Below, in pieces: positions 17,790-25,932 of a stretch of DNA of 45,447 nucleotides (the first letter of the stretch is position 1; each line of letters starts with the position of its first letter). The stretch is from Bacteroidales bacterium (GTDB lineage Bacteria; Bacteroidota; Bacteroidia; Bacteroidales; VadinHA17), in the NCBI GenBank assembly GCA_015486185.1, contig WFSC01000449.1, positions 1 through 45,447 of the forward strand. The letters run 5' to 3'. The position numbers and the translations under genes were made by a program. The notes beneath the pieces are model-generated. The model searched no databases. It was given only the letters and a program-made list of their open reading frames with translations, and had not been told where the DNA came from.

Positions 17790-18362
17790 CTAAACCAGTC
17801 CGGCAAACCCCATGAAAGCCATGGCCAGTATGCCGGCCACAACAAAAGCAATAGGAATACCTTTCATCCCTTTGGGTATATCCACCATATCCAGTGTTTC
17901 ACGGATACTGGAGAGTAATACCAGGGCAAGGCCGAAACCCAGCTCCGTAGAAAAAGAAAAAACCACAGCCTCAGGCAGGTTGTATTTCCCCTGAATAGTA
18001 AGTATGGCCACGCCCAGGACAGCGCAATTGGTCGTGATCAGAGGGAGATAGATCCCAAGCGCCTGGTACATCTCCGGACTTACTTTTTTCAGTATGATCT
18101 CGACCATCTGAACCAAGGCGGCAATCACCAGGATAAAGGTAATGGTTTGCATAAAATCGATCCCGAGAGGCACCAGCACATAATATTGGAGAAGATAAGT
18201 AACGATGGTGGCCAGAACCATTACAAAAGCAACGGCACCGGTCATCCCCACAGACGTTTCCAGGCGTGAAGACACCCCCATAAAAGGACATATTCCCAGA
18301 AACTTGGCAAGGACAATATTATTGACAAAGATCGCCGAGATAAGGATCACAAAATATTCCAT
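17790..18362 (-). CDS. rnfA: Rnf electron transport complex subunit A
   Basis: 190 aa polytopic protein. MEYFVILISAIFVNNIVLAKFLGICPFMGVS is the RnfA/RsxA signature. Confidence 0.92.
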   Translation of the reverse strand: MEYFVILISAIFVNNIVLAKFLGICPFMGVSSRLETSVGMTGAVAFVMVLATIVTYLLQYYVLVPLGIDFMQTITFILVIAALVQMVEIILKKVSPEMYQALGIYLPLITTNCAVLGVAILTIQGKYNLPEAVVFSFSTELGFGLALVLLSSIRETLDMVDIPKGMKGIPIAFVVAGILAMAFMGFAGLV

Positions 18363-18366
18363 GGTT

Positions 18367-18954
18367 TTAAGCGTTTTTCCGGTTTATTTTATTCATGATC
18401 GCGATCAGGTAAGCCAGGGCAAGAAAAGCCCCGGGAGCCAGTACAAAGAGCAGCATACCATCCCCTTTAATGAATTTGAGTCCCAGCCAGGATCCGGCCC
18501 CGAGAATCTCACGGACAGAGCCCAGCATAAAAAGAGCCATGGTAAAACCCAGTCCCATACCCAGCCCGTCGAGGGCTGAAGACCAGACTGTATTCTTTGA
18601 TGCGAAAGCTTCGGCCCGGCCCAGTACGATACAGTTCACCACGATCAACGGGATAAACAACCCCAGTTCATTGTACAGAGAAGGCAGATAGGCCTGCATG
18701 GTCAGTTCCACTACCGTCACAAAAGAAGCAATGATAACAATAAAGGAAGGGATCCTGACCTTATCAGGAATAACATTACGTACCATAGAGACCACAATAT
18801 TGGACATCAGCAATACAAAAGTAGTGGCGAGTCCCATACCCAGTCCGTTATAGGCAGAGGTTGTGGTACCCAGCGTCGGGCACATACCGAGTACCTGGAC
18901 AAAAACGGCATTTTCAGCAAAAAAGCCCTTGTTGAAATTGTTCCATTGATTCAT
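18367..18954 (-). CDS. rnfE: Rnf electron transport complex subunit E
   Basis: 195 aa. NAVFVQVLGMCPTLGTTT and LFIPLIVVNCIVLGRAEAFA are RnfE/RsxE signatures. Confidence 0.92.
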   Translation of the reverse strand: MNQWNNFNKGFFAENAVFVQVLGMCPTLGTTTSAYNGLGMGLATTFVLLMSNIVVSMVRNVIPDKVRIPSFIVIIASFVTVVELTMQAYLPSLYNELGLFIPLIVVNCIVLGRAEAFASKNTVWSSALDGLGMGLGFTMALFMLGSVREILGAGSWLGLKFIKGDGMLLFVLAPGAFLALAYLIAIMNKINRKNA

Positions 18955-19529
18955 TGCGCACCTCCTTCCATTAAATTTTTATATGCCCTTTCCACAGCAT
19001 CACAGAATGCCCTGGAACTGATCGTAGAAGCTGTAATAGCATCAACATCCCCGCCGTCTTTTTTGACGGCCAGTTTAAATGTTTTCGGATTTTTCCCCTG
19101 GAACTGCACACTCCAGTTTGACTTGCTGCGAACCATTTTCTCTCCGAGTCCCGGGGTTTCCTGATGTTGCAAAACGACAATATCTTTGATCGTTCCATCC
19201 GGCAGAAATCCTACCATCAGACGTATCATACCTCCAAAGCCTTTGGGACTGAACGTTTTTACCGCCACTCCCACAAGTGAACTATCCATGCGTGCCGGGA
19301 AAAAATAAAGCGTATCCCCATCCACCGCCTTCTTATACATTTCCTTTACCGGATCATTATTAAAGGGGGGCAGAACTTTTTTAAGTGCTGCAGTTTGTTT
19401 TGCTGCCCGGGCTTGTTCAATAGGTCCTTTGGTATATACATATACAAACCCCAATATGGCAGCAGATAAGAGTGTTACCATGAACAATGCCAGGAACATA
19501 TTGATGAATGTTGACTCCGTTTTAGCCAT
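18951..19529 (-). CDS. rnfG: Rnf complex subunit G (FMN-binding)
   Basis: 192 aa with an N-terminal TM anchor. QETPGLGEK and the flavinylation-site-like DAITASTISSRA are present. Overlaps rnfE by 4 nt and rnfD by 8 nt. Confidence 0.9.
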   Translation of the reverse strand: MAKTESTFINMFLALFMVTLLSAAILGFVYVYTKGPIEQARAAKQTAALKKVLPPFNNDPVKEMYKKAVDGDTLYFFPARMDSSLVGVAVKTFSPKGFGGMIRLMVGFLPDGTIKDIVVLQHQETPGLGEKMVRSKSNWSVQFQGKNPKTFKLAVKKDGGDVDAITASTISSRAFCDAVERAYKNLMEGGAQ

Positions 19530-20523
19530 TTTTCTTTACCTCCCCGAACCTTTTGGGTTTGACATACATATTAAGCAGGGGCACGAAAGCATTCATGATC
19601 AGGATAGCAAACTGCACCCCTTCGGGATAGGCTCCCCAGCGACGGATGATCACGGTAAGCAGGCCGATGCCAATGCCGAAGTATATCATCCCCCTGGGTG
19701 TCATGGGGGAGGTAACATAATCGGTAGCCATAAAAATGGACCCCAGCATCACCCCTCCGGTAAGCAAATGGAAAACAGGATCAGCATTATTGGCAGGATT
19801 GATCAGCCAGAGAAGGCCACTGAATAAAAATACCGTTGTCAGGATCGTCACCGGTATATGCCATGTGATGATCTTTTTCCATAGTAAATACAGGAAACCC
19901 AGCAACAGGGCTGCTGCTGCCACCTCTCCCATCGATCCTCCCATATAGCCCAGAAACATCTGCATATGATCGGGTACCTGTTTCAGGATATGGGACACCT
20001 GTTCGCCGTTACGCATCCCTTCTTTAAGCAACCCCAGGGGGGTCGCTCCTGTTACCGCATCGGTAACGGATGTATGAAAGCCTTTCGGCACCGGCCAACT
20101 GGTGAGCTGCACAGGAAAGGAGATAAAAAGAAATACCCGGCCTACCAGTGCGGGGTTGAAAGGATTGGCCCCAAGCCCCCCAAATGACATCTTCCCTACT
20201 CCGATAGCGATCAAAGCGCCTATAGCCAGGATCCACACCGGAAGATTGGATGGCAGGGTAAAAGCCAGAAGAAGGCCGGTCACCACTACCGAACCATCTT
20301 TTATGGAGGATTCCTTTTTCAGCATATACTTCTGGATCAGGAATTCAAACAGCACACAAAACACCACAGACAATACCGGGAGATACAATGCACTCCATCC
20401 AAAGAAATAGACAGAAACCGCCCATGCCGGAAGCAAAGCGATAACCACACCCATCATAATACGGGGGGTAGTATCCTTTCCGTGCACATGTGGTGATAAT
20501 GATACAGTCAGCAATTTATCCAT
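19522..20523 (-). CDS. rnfD: Rnf complex subunit D
   Basis: 333 aa polytopic protein. SPHVH near the N-terminus, GGVMLGSIFMATDYVTSP, and operon position. Confidence 0.92.
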   Translation of the reverse strand: MDKLLTVSLSPHVHGKDTTPRIMMGVVIALLPAWAVSVYFFGWSALYLPVLSVVFCVLFEFLIQKYMLKKESSIKDGSVVVTGLLLAFTLPSNLPVWILAIGALIAIGVGKMSFGGLGANPFNPALVGRVFLFISFPVQLTSWPVPKGFHTSVTDAVTGATPLGLLKEGMRNGEQVSHILKQVPDHMQMFLGYMGGSMGEVAAAALLLGFLYLLWKKIITWHIPVTILTTVFLFSGLLWLINPANNADPVFHLLTGGVMLGSIFMATDYVTSPMTPRGMIYFGIGIGLLTVIIRRWGAYPEGVQFAILIMNAFVPLLNMYVKPKRFGEVKKNG

Positions 20524-20541
20524 GGTTCATTTTTTATTCGA

Positions 20542-21900
20542 TTAACTGACAGCTTTTTTTTCTTTCCGGATCAGTTCCCCCACCCTCATCTTATCCAGCC
20601 GGATATAATCAAGCAACGGCCTGTCAGCCGGGCAGGTGAAGCTACAGGACCCACACTCGATACAATCCATTACGCTCTCCTGGCGTGCTTTATCCCACAA
20701 CTGTTTCTGTCCCAATGACATCAGCAGATAAGGTTCCAGCCCCATGGGACAGACGGACACACATCTGGCACACCGGATACAGGGTTGAACAGGTTTGCGG
20801 TGTGCCTCGCTGTCAGGGATGATCAGTATCCCCGATGTACCTTTGGTCACCGGTATATCAAGTTTGGAAATGGCTTTCCCCATCATAGGCCCACCCAGCA
20901 CCACCTTGCCCGTATCTTCCGGCAGACCGCCGGCAGCTTCAATTACCCCGGCAACGGGTGTTCCTATACGCACCACGAAATTGGAAGGTTCCTTTACGGA
21001 TTTGCCCGTTACGGTAACGATGCGTTCTATCAGCGGTTTGTTTTTCTGTACCGCTTCGTAAGCAGCAAATGTAGTGCCTACATTATGCACTACAGCTCCA
21101 ACATCTACGGGCAGACCGCCCGAAGGCACTTCCCGGCCGGTAATGGCCTTGATGAGTTGCTTCTCACCTCCCTGCGGATATTTTACTTTCAGGGGCTGAA
21201 CGGTTATCCCTTCATCCTTCCCTGCCAGATTGTCTAATAGTTCAATAGCATCCGGTTTATTATTTTCAATGCCTATCACGGCCCGGTTCACCTCAAGTGC
21301 TTTCATCAGGATGCGTATTCCGACCATCAGCTCCCTGCTCTTTTCCAGCATCAGACGATGGTCTGCCGTCAGATAAGGTTCACATTCCACTCCGTTGATG
21401 ATCAGGATATCGGCTTTTTTGCCTTTGGGCACATTCAGTTTGACATGTGTTGGAAAGGTTGCGCCGCCCATACCCACGATGCCGGCATCCTGTATTTTCC
21501 GAATGATCTCCTCGCGGGAGATCTGAATATTTTCCCTCAGGGTCTCACTGCGGTCTATGGACGGATCCCACTCATCTCCCTGTCTGTCGATCACAAAGGA
21601 AAGACGTTTGTATCCGGAAGCATCCGGGCGTTCTTCTATCCTGAACACCTTGCCGGAAACCGAAGAATGGATATTGGCAGATACAAAACCACGTCCCCTG
21701 GCCAGTAACTGACCTGTCACCACGGTTTCTCCTTTTTGTACTACTGGTTCGGCCGGAGCTCCCAGGTGTTGAACTACGGGGATGACCACACGCTCTGGCA
21801 ACGGAAGCGGTCTGGTAGCACTGGCAGCAGAAAGTTTGTTTTCTGCAGGATGCACTCCCCCTCTGGGAAACGTTTTAAGTTTATATTCTTGCACGGCCAC
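20542..21900 (-). CDS. rnfC: Rnf complex subunit C
   Basis: 452 aa. GIVGMGGATFPTHVK, INGVECEPYLTADHRLM, and two 4Fe-4S motifs (CIRCARCVSVCP, CIECGSCSFTCP). Confidence 0.93.
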   Translation of the reverse strand: MAVQEYKLKTFPRGGVHPAENKLSAASATRPLPLPERVVIPVVQHLGAPAEPVVQKGETVVTGQLLARGRGFVSANIHSSVSGKVFRIEERPDASGYKRLSFVIDRQGDEWDPSIDRSETLRENIQISREEIIRKIQDAGIVGMGGATFPTHVKLNVPKGKKADILIINGVECEPYLTADHRLMLEKSRELMVGIRILMKALEVNRAVIGIENNKPDAIELLDNLAGKDEGITVQPLKVKYPQGGEKQLIKAITGREVPSGGLPVDVGAVVHNVGTTFAAYEAVQKNKPLIERIVTVTGKSVKEPSNFVVRIGTPVAGVIEAAGGLPEDTGKVVLGGPMMGKAISKLDIPVTKGTSGILIIPDSEAHRKPVQPCIRCARCVSVCPMGLEPYLLMSLGQKQLWDKARQESVMDCIECGSCSFTCPADRPLLDYIRLDKMRVGELIRKEKKAVS

Positions 21901-21905
21901 TCATT

Positions 21906-22832
21906 TTAACTTGGTTGCTCTTTTCCGGTGCCGGAAGATGATCCATCCTTTGCCGGTTTATCATTTTTATCATTACCCCCTGCAGACACGACCAGTTCCT
22001 TTTTTACTTTGGGAGGAGGAAAATTGATCTCGAGGATGGAATTGGTAGGACATACCGGTACACATTTACGGCACAGGCGACAGGCATCACTGTCGATAAA
22101 GGCCAGATTGTTACCCATGGTAATGGCATCAAACGGGCATACCTGGAAACATTTACTACATCCGATACAAGCAACATCACAATATTTGCGGGCTACCCCT
22201 CCTTTTTCTTCATTGATGCAGGAAACAAATATCTTCCGGTCTTTTTTGTTTCGTTTTCTCAGTTCGATGATATCCCTCGGGCAAGCCTCCACACAAGCGC
22301 CACAGGCCACACAGTTCTCATCCACTACGACCGGCAGGCCTGTTTTTTCATCCATATAGAGTGCCTCAAAATCACAGGCTTCCACACAATCACCCAACCC
22401 CAGGCAGCCGTAAGGGCAGTCTGTATCTCCCGTATAAAGGGCATGTTCGACAGCACAGGTAGTTGCTCCTTCATAATGACTGGTCCGCGGCCGGTGCTCA
22501 AAAGACCCCTGACAACGGATCACAGCCACCCGCGGCTCCTCATGCACCGCTTCCAGTCCCAGTATAGCGGCCACTTTTTCCATTACCTCATCTCCCCCTA
22601 CAGGGCAATACAACCCCTCCAGTGTGTCAGCCTTCACACAAGCCTCGGCAAACTGACGGCAGCCCGGGTAACCGCAGCCACCACAATTGGCATGAGGTAA
22701 TACATCCTCCACTTCATCAATACGGGGATCCTCAATCACCTTGAATTTCTGTGCGATCAAATATAAGATTACCGCAGAAACCCCACCCAACACACTCAGG
22801 GATACTACGGTGTATAGCACAATATTGCTCAT
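21906..22832 (-). CDS. rnfB: Rnf complex subunit B (polyferredoxin)
   Basis: 308 aa. N-terminal TM segment, CGGCGYPGC, and several CxxCxxCxxxCP ferredoxin motifs. Low-complexity K/S/G-rich C-terminal tail. Confidence 0.92.
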   Translation of the reverse strand: MSNIVLYTVVSLSVLGGVSAVILYLIAQKFKVIEDPRIDEVEDVLPHANCGGCGYPGCRQFAEACVKADTLEGLYCPVGGDEVMEKVAAILGLEAVHEEPRVAVIRCQGSFEHRPRTSHYEGATTCAVEHALYTGDTDCPYGCLGLGDCVEACDFEALYMDEKTGLPVVVDENCVACGACVEACPRDIIELRKRNKKDRKIFVSCINEEKGGVARKYCDVACIGCSKCFQVCPFDAITMGNNLAFIDSDACRLCRKCVPVCPTNSILEINFPPPKVKKELVVSAGGNDKNDKPAKDGSSSGTGKEQPS

Positions 22833-22844
22833 AAAAAAAAGATG

Positions 22845-23267
22845 TTATACAAATTTTCTTACATAAAACTTAAACCCTTTTTTTATCCGGGTCCTGGAAA
22901 GATACAAACCTCCGTAATAGGGCACCAGAACGGCCAGTGCAGAAAGTCCGCTGATCACTTCATCACCCGTAGCTCCATACACGGCAAACAAAACAGCCAT
23001 CACCAGCGCAAAAGGGATCAGATAACCATAAGATAAAGCTTTCAGACCTAAAGACTGTGCCAGAACAATATTTACTTTCTCCCCTACCTTATATTTCTCG
23101 CCCATCAGTTCCACCTCTACCTGCTTATCTTCTACCTCTGCCTCTGAGCAGACTCCCTTCAACTGACAATGAGCACAGGCTGATTTCGCAATAAAACGGA
23201 CCGTTGCCTTATTGCCATGCAATTCACTGACAGTTCCTTCGTGTTCGATAACCCTGGTTGTATCCAT
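22845..23267 (-). CDS. rseC: RseC/MucC-family (SoxR-reducing system) membrane protein, first gene of the rnf operon
   Basis: From MDTTRVIEHEGTVSEL...CAHCQLKGVC, with two C-terminal TM helices. The track start at 23297 is a TTG extension. Confidence 0.7.
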   Translation of the reverse strand: MDTTRVIEHEGTVSELHGNKATVRFIAKSACAHCQLKGVCSEAEVEDKQVEVELMGEKYKVGEKVNIVLAQSLGLKALSYGYLIPFALVMAVLFAVYGATGDEVISGLSALAVLVPYYGGLYLSRTRIKKGFKFYVRKFV

Positions 23268-23472
23268 CAATAATCCGGCAATACTTTTGCAGTGCAATTA
23301 TATCATTTTTATTATATTCTACGAATGACTTTTTGTTTTTTTTATAATTTATTCACATTATAAATAAGGATCAAGGTATGAAACTATATAGATATTAGAA
23401 TATTGGACAGACCATGGTGATTTAATAGTCATCAGGCTCCTGCGTCATTCAATGGACATCTTACATCCCAGC

Positions 23473-23494
23473 ACCAGGGAACCAGGAACCAGTA
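23473..23494 (+). repeat. Short tandem repeat, ACCAGGRA-like unit x3
   Basis: ACCAGGGA ACCAGGA ACCAGTA, read directly. Confidence 0.8.
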
Positions 23495-23497
23495 CCT

Positions 23498-23524
23498 GAT
23501 GAAGCGATGAAGCGATGAAGCGAT
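23498..23524 (+). repeat. Perfect tandem repeat (GATGAAGC) x3.4
   Basis: GATGAAGC GATGAAGC GATGAAGC GAT, read directly. Confidence 0.95.
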
Positions 23525-23525
23525 A

Positions 23526-23545
23526 CCTGCCTGCCGGTAGGCAGG
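23526..23545. repeat. GC-rich hairpin CCTGCCT-gccggt-AGGCAGG
   Basis: Perfect 7-bp stem with a 6-nt self-complementary loop, flanked by tandem repeats on both sides. Confidence 0.85.
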
Positions 23546-23569
23546 AAGAGATGAAGTAAATTGGTTTAA

Positions 23570-23628
23570 GGGATTAGAGTTTAGGGGATTAGAGTTTAGA
23601 GGATTAGGGATTGGGGATTGGGGATTTG
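23570..23628 (+). repeat. GGGATT-core repeat array: (GGGATTAGAGTTTAG) x2.5 then (GGGATTG) x3
   Basis: GGGATTAGAGTTTAG GGGATTAGAGTTTAG AGGATTA GGGATTG GGGATTG GGGATTTG, with five GGG/GGGG tracts. Confidence 0.9.
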
Positions 23629-23687
23629 AGATATCAAACCCCGGTTAAGTTTTCCAATAACACTCATCTGCCAACTCATCTACAAGC

Positions 23688-23716
23688 AACAAACCTCAAA
23701 CGCAGCCGAAGGCTGC
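23688..23716 (-). terminator. Candidate intrinsic terminator of the HD/Mut7-C/phosphoesterase operon
   Basis: The minus strand reads GCAGCC-ttc-GGCTGC followed by GTTTGAGGTTTGTTG. It starts about 64 nt after the stop at 23780. The T-tract is interrupted. Confidence 0.4.
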
Positions 23717-23717
23717 A

Positions 23718-23740
23718 TCAAACTTCAAACTTTCAAACTC
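23718..23740 (+). repeat. Tandem repeat (TCAAACT[T/C]) x3
   Basis: TCAAACT TCAAACTT TCAAACTC, read directly. Confidence 0.85.
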
Positions 23741-23745
23741 TTTTT

Positions 23746-23775
23746 CCTTTCAGCTTTAGCCTTTAGCCTTTCAGC
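23746..23775 (+). repeat. Tandem repeat CTTT(C)AGC x4
   Basis: CCTTTCAG CTTTAGC CTTTAGC CTTTCAGC, ending 5 nt from the stop codon of the phosphoesterase gene. Confidence 0.85.
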
Positions 23776-23779
23776 TTTT

Positions 23780-24442
23780 TCACCTTTCCACCGGGTCGCT
23801 TTGCCAGTATTCCTTTGTATCTATATCCATAATACTCAGGCGGCCCCACCAGCCGGCACCGGTGTCCATCATCCATATGCCCTTTATAAACACCGGAACA
23901 TCAAAACCATAATTGATGGTGGGCGTATGGCCGACAAAAACCTCATCATACGGCGTAATATTCTCAATATCGGGGTCATCAATACTCCTCAGGGCTTCTT
24001 GTACCAGGTCACGTGACCAAAGAAAGTCATATTCCGTCTGTTCCTCCAGGGGGCTGTCAGGATCAATACCGGCATGTACAAACAGTTTATTATCGAGCAG
24101 ATAATACAACCGGGCTGATTGCAACAGCCGGATGTGACTTTCCGGCACCGGTTCGTCCCTGTAACTGCGAATGGAGGCGTTCCCTCCCTGAGCCGTCCAT
24201 ACTATTTCCCGTTTCCCGGTAAGTGCCCACTCCAGGAACCACTTATCATGATTACCAAGAATATATACAAGGTTTTTTATCTGCAGCAATAATTCAAAGC
24301 TTTCTTTCACCTCAGTACCTCTGTCACATACATCCCCCAGGCAGATCAGCAGATCCTTGTTCCCATCGAAGGCGGAACGTTCCAGACACTGTTCCAGTGC
24401 TTTTCTCCGGCCATGAATATCACCAATCACAAAACGTCTCAT
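23780..24442 (-). CDS. PPP-family metallophosphoesterase (PrpA/ApaH/lambda-phosphatase-like)
   Basis: 220 aa with GDIHG, GDVCDRG and GNHD motifs in canonical order, then a later VGHTP. Confidence 0.88.
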   Translation of the reverse strand: MRRFVIGDIHGRRKALEQCLERSAFDGNKDLLICLGDVCDRGTEVKESFELLLQIKNLVYILGNHDKWFLEWALTGKREIVWTAQGGNASIRSYRDEPVPESHIRLLQSARLYYLLDNKLFVHAGIDPDSPLEEQTEYDFLWSRDLVQEALRSIDDPDIENITPYDEVFVGHTPTINYGFDVPVFIKGIWMMDTGAGWWGRLSIMDIDTKEYWQSDPVER

Positions 24443-24446
24443 CCCG

Positions 24447-25211
24447 TCATTCCTCTTTTTGGGCCTGTCTGATCAGGTCTTCCAGTCGTTGTTTCATCCT
24501 CTCGTAATGGCTTCCCCGCCAATATATTCTGCCACATCCCGGACATTGTTTAAATTCTTCAAAACATTTTCTGGTACCTTCCTGTAACCTGTTTTCTATA
24601 AGGTGCTTTTCCACAGGCACCAACAGGGTATTGCAATAAATGCACCTGGTAAAAGGTTTCAGCTCATGGAACAGGTCAAACCGTTTTAACACTTCTACAA
24701 ACTGTTTTTCGGGATCGGTGGCATGAAGCCAGTAACCGTGGGTGACCACCTTATGCTTCAGGATCCCTTTATCACGGGTCAGAATGATCCTTTTCTCTCC
24801 GCGGGCTGTTTGAATGATCTCGGCATCCTTGTAATCATTCCGGTACAATGTATCCAGTCCGGCCATACGCATCAGCCGTGCCAGTTTCCCGAGGTGCACA
24901 TCCAGAATAAATGCCGGATGACGCAAAGGAGCCGGTCGCAGATGGGTTACAGGAGAAATATCAAGACTCTCAAACACAGGATACACGGAAATATAATCAT
25001 CCGGCCTGAGTATATAGTCGAAGGTAACCGACTGTTGTCCAACTACTATCAGGTCAACCTGTGTATGAGGCACATCAAAGGATTCTATGGCATCTTTTAC
25101 GGTGTTTCTTCCGTAAAAACGGTACACCTGTACCCTTTCTTTTCTTTTACGTGCCGGCAACAGGTCATTTAATTCGGCATAAAACCTGAAACGGGCTTCA
25201 GCAGGTTCCAT
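24447..25211 (-). CDS. Mut7-C family protein: N-terminal ubiquitin-like domain, PIN-like RNase domain (DUF82), Zn-ribbon
   Basis: 254 aa. N-terminal beta-grasp-like RFRFYAELNDLL...VTFDYILRPDDYISVYP, then FILDVHLGKLARLMRMAGLDT...IILTRD, then CxxC...CxxC (CIYCN...CPGCGRIYWRGSHYERM). Confidence 0.8.
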   Translation of the reverse strand: MEPAEARFRFYAELNDLLPARKRKERVQVYRFYGRNTVKDAIESFDVPHTQVDLIVVGQQSVTFDYILRPDDYISVYPVFESLDISPVTHLRPAPLRHPAFILDVHLGKLARLMRMAGLDTLYRNDYKDAEIIQTARGEKRIILTRDKGILKHKVVTHGYWLHATDPEKQFVEVLKRFDLFHELKPFTRCIYCNTLLVPVEKHLIENRLQEGTRKCFEEFKQCPGCGRIYWRGSHYERMKQRLEDLIRQAQKEE

Positions 25212-25222
25212 AAATTATTTCC

Positions 25223-25825
25223 TCATTTTTCACCGGTATCTACGGGATGACCTTTCAACCCAATGGCATCCGCTACTTCCCGCATCCCCATGATCGTATC
25301 GGTAATCAATTCTGTCAGGTCTGTTCCCAGCATCTCAGCACCCTGTTCAATTACCTCACGGTTCACTCCGGCGGCAAAGCGTTTGTCTTTCCATTTTTTC
25401 TTCACCGACCTGGCTTTCATATCCAGTACGCTCCGGGAAGGACGTACCAGGGCGCTTGTCACGACCAGTCCTGTCAGTTCATCCACCGCATACAACACTT
25501 TTTCCATCAGACTTTCCGGTTTAACATCCGTAACGATTCCCCAGCCATGACTTACCACTGCCCGTATATATTCTTCCGGCCAGTTCTCAGAACGCAGGAT
25601 CTCCTCTGTTTTTTTACAGTGTTGTTCCGGATATTTTTCATAATCCAGATCATGTACCAGCCCAACAATTCCCCATTTCTCTTCATCTTCCCCATATTTA
25701 CGGGCCATATAACGCATCACTCCCTCTACGGCAAGGGCATGTTTTGTCAAACTTTCCGACTGATTATATTTCCTGAAAAGTTCCCAGGCTTCTTCCCGGG
25801 TAGGTGTTTTTGCTCCCATGATCAT
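25223..25825 (-). CDS. HD-domain metal-dependent phosphohydrolase (HDIG-like, COG2316-like)
   Basis: 200 aa. H..(30)..HDLD motif (KHALAVEGVMRYM...GLVHDLDYEKY) and a conserved downstream AVVSHGWG. Confidence 0.82.
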   Translation of the reverse strand: MIMGAKTPTREEAWELFRKYNQSESLTKHALAVEGVMRYMARKYGEDEEKWGIVGLVHDLDYEKYPEQHCKKTEEILRSENWPEEYIRAVVSHGWGIVTDVKPESLMEKVLYAVDELTGLVVTSALVRPSRSVLDMKARSVKKKWKDKRFAAGVNREVIEQGAEMLGTDLTELITDTIMGMREVADAIGLKGHPVDTGEK

Positions 25826-25932
25826 TTCTTTTTTATTTTTTATTTTCCGTAAAATTATCTAAAAAAACGGGAAAGTAAAACCGGAGAAAAAAAGAATGGT
25901 GATTGATGATGGTTGAACGATGAACAGATGAA

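Noticed and set aside
17790-23267. The rseC-rnfBCDGEA cluster as a candidate novel system.
   Set aside because: The gene order and all subunit motifs are those of the standard Rnf/Rsx ion-translocating ferredoxin:NAD+ oxidoreductase operon common in anaerobic Bacteroidota.
23596-23679. A 27-aa minus-strand ORF (MSWQMSVIGKLNRGLISQIPNPQSLIL) inside the repeat mosaic.
   Set aside because: It is encoded largely by the tandem repeats themselves and has a low-complexity C-terminus. No supporting start context or conservation can be assessed.
23470-23780. A repeat-rich region that could be mistaken for a CRISPR array.
   Set aside because: The units are 7-15 nt and directly abutting, with no 25-40-nt spacers. 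Several unrelated units occur, and there are no cas genes in the window.
25247-25852. A 201-aa ORF on the plus strand spanning almost exactly the HD-domain gene, which could be read as an overlapping gene.
   Set aside because: Its translation is rich in F/H/C/R with no motifs, as expected for the antisense frame of a real gene. The minus-strand HD protein has clear conserved motifs. The same applies to 40309-41178, 9499-10044, 11464-11931, 3307-3711, 7127-7582 and 29542-30027.
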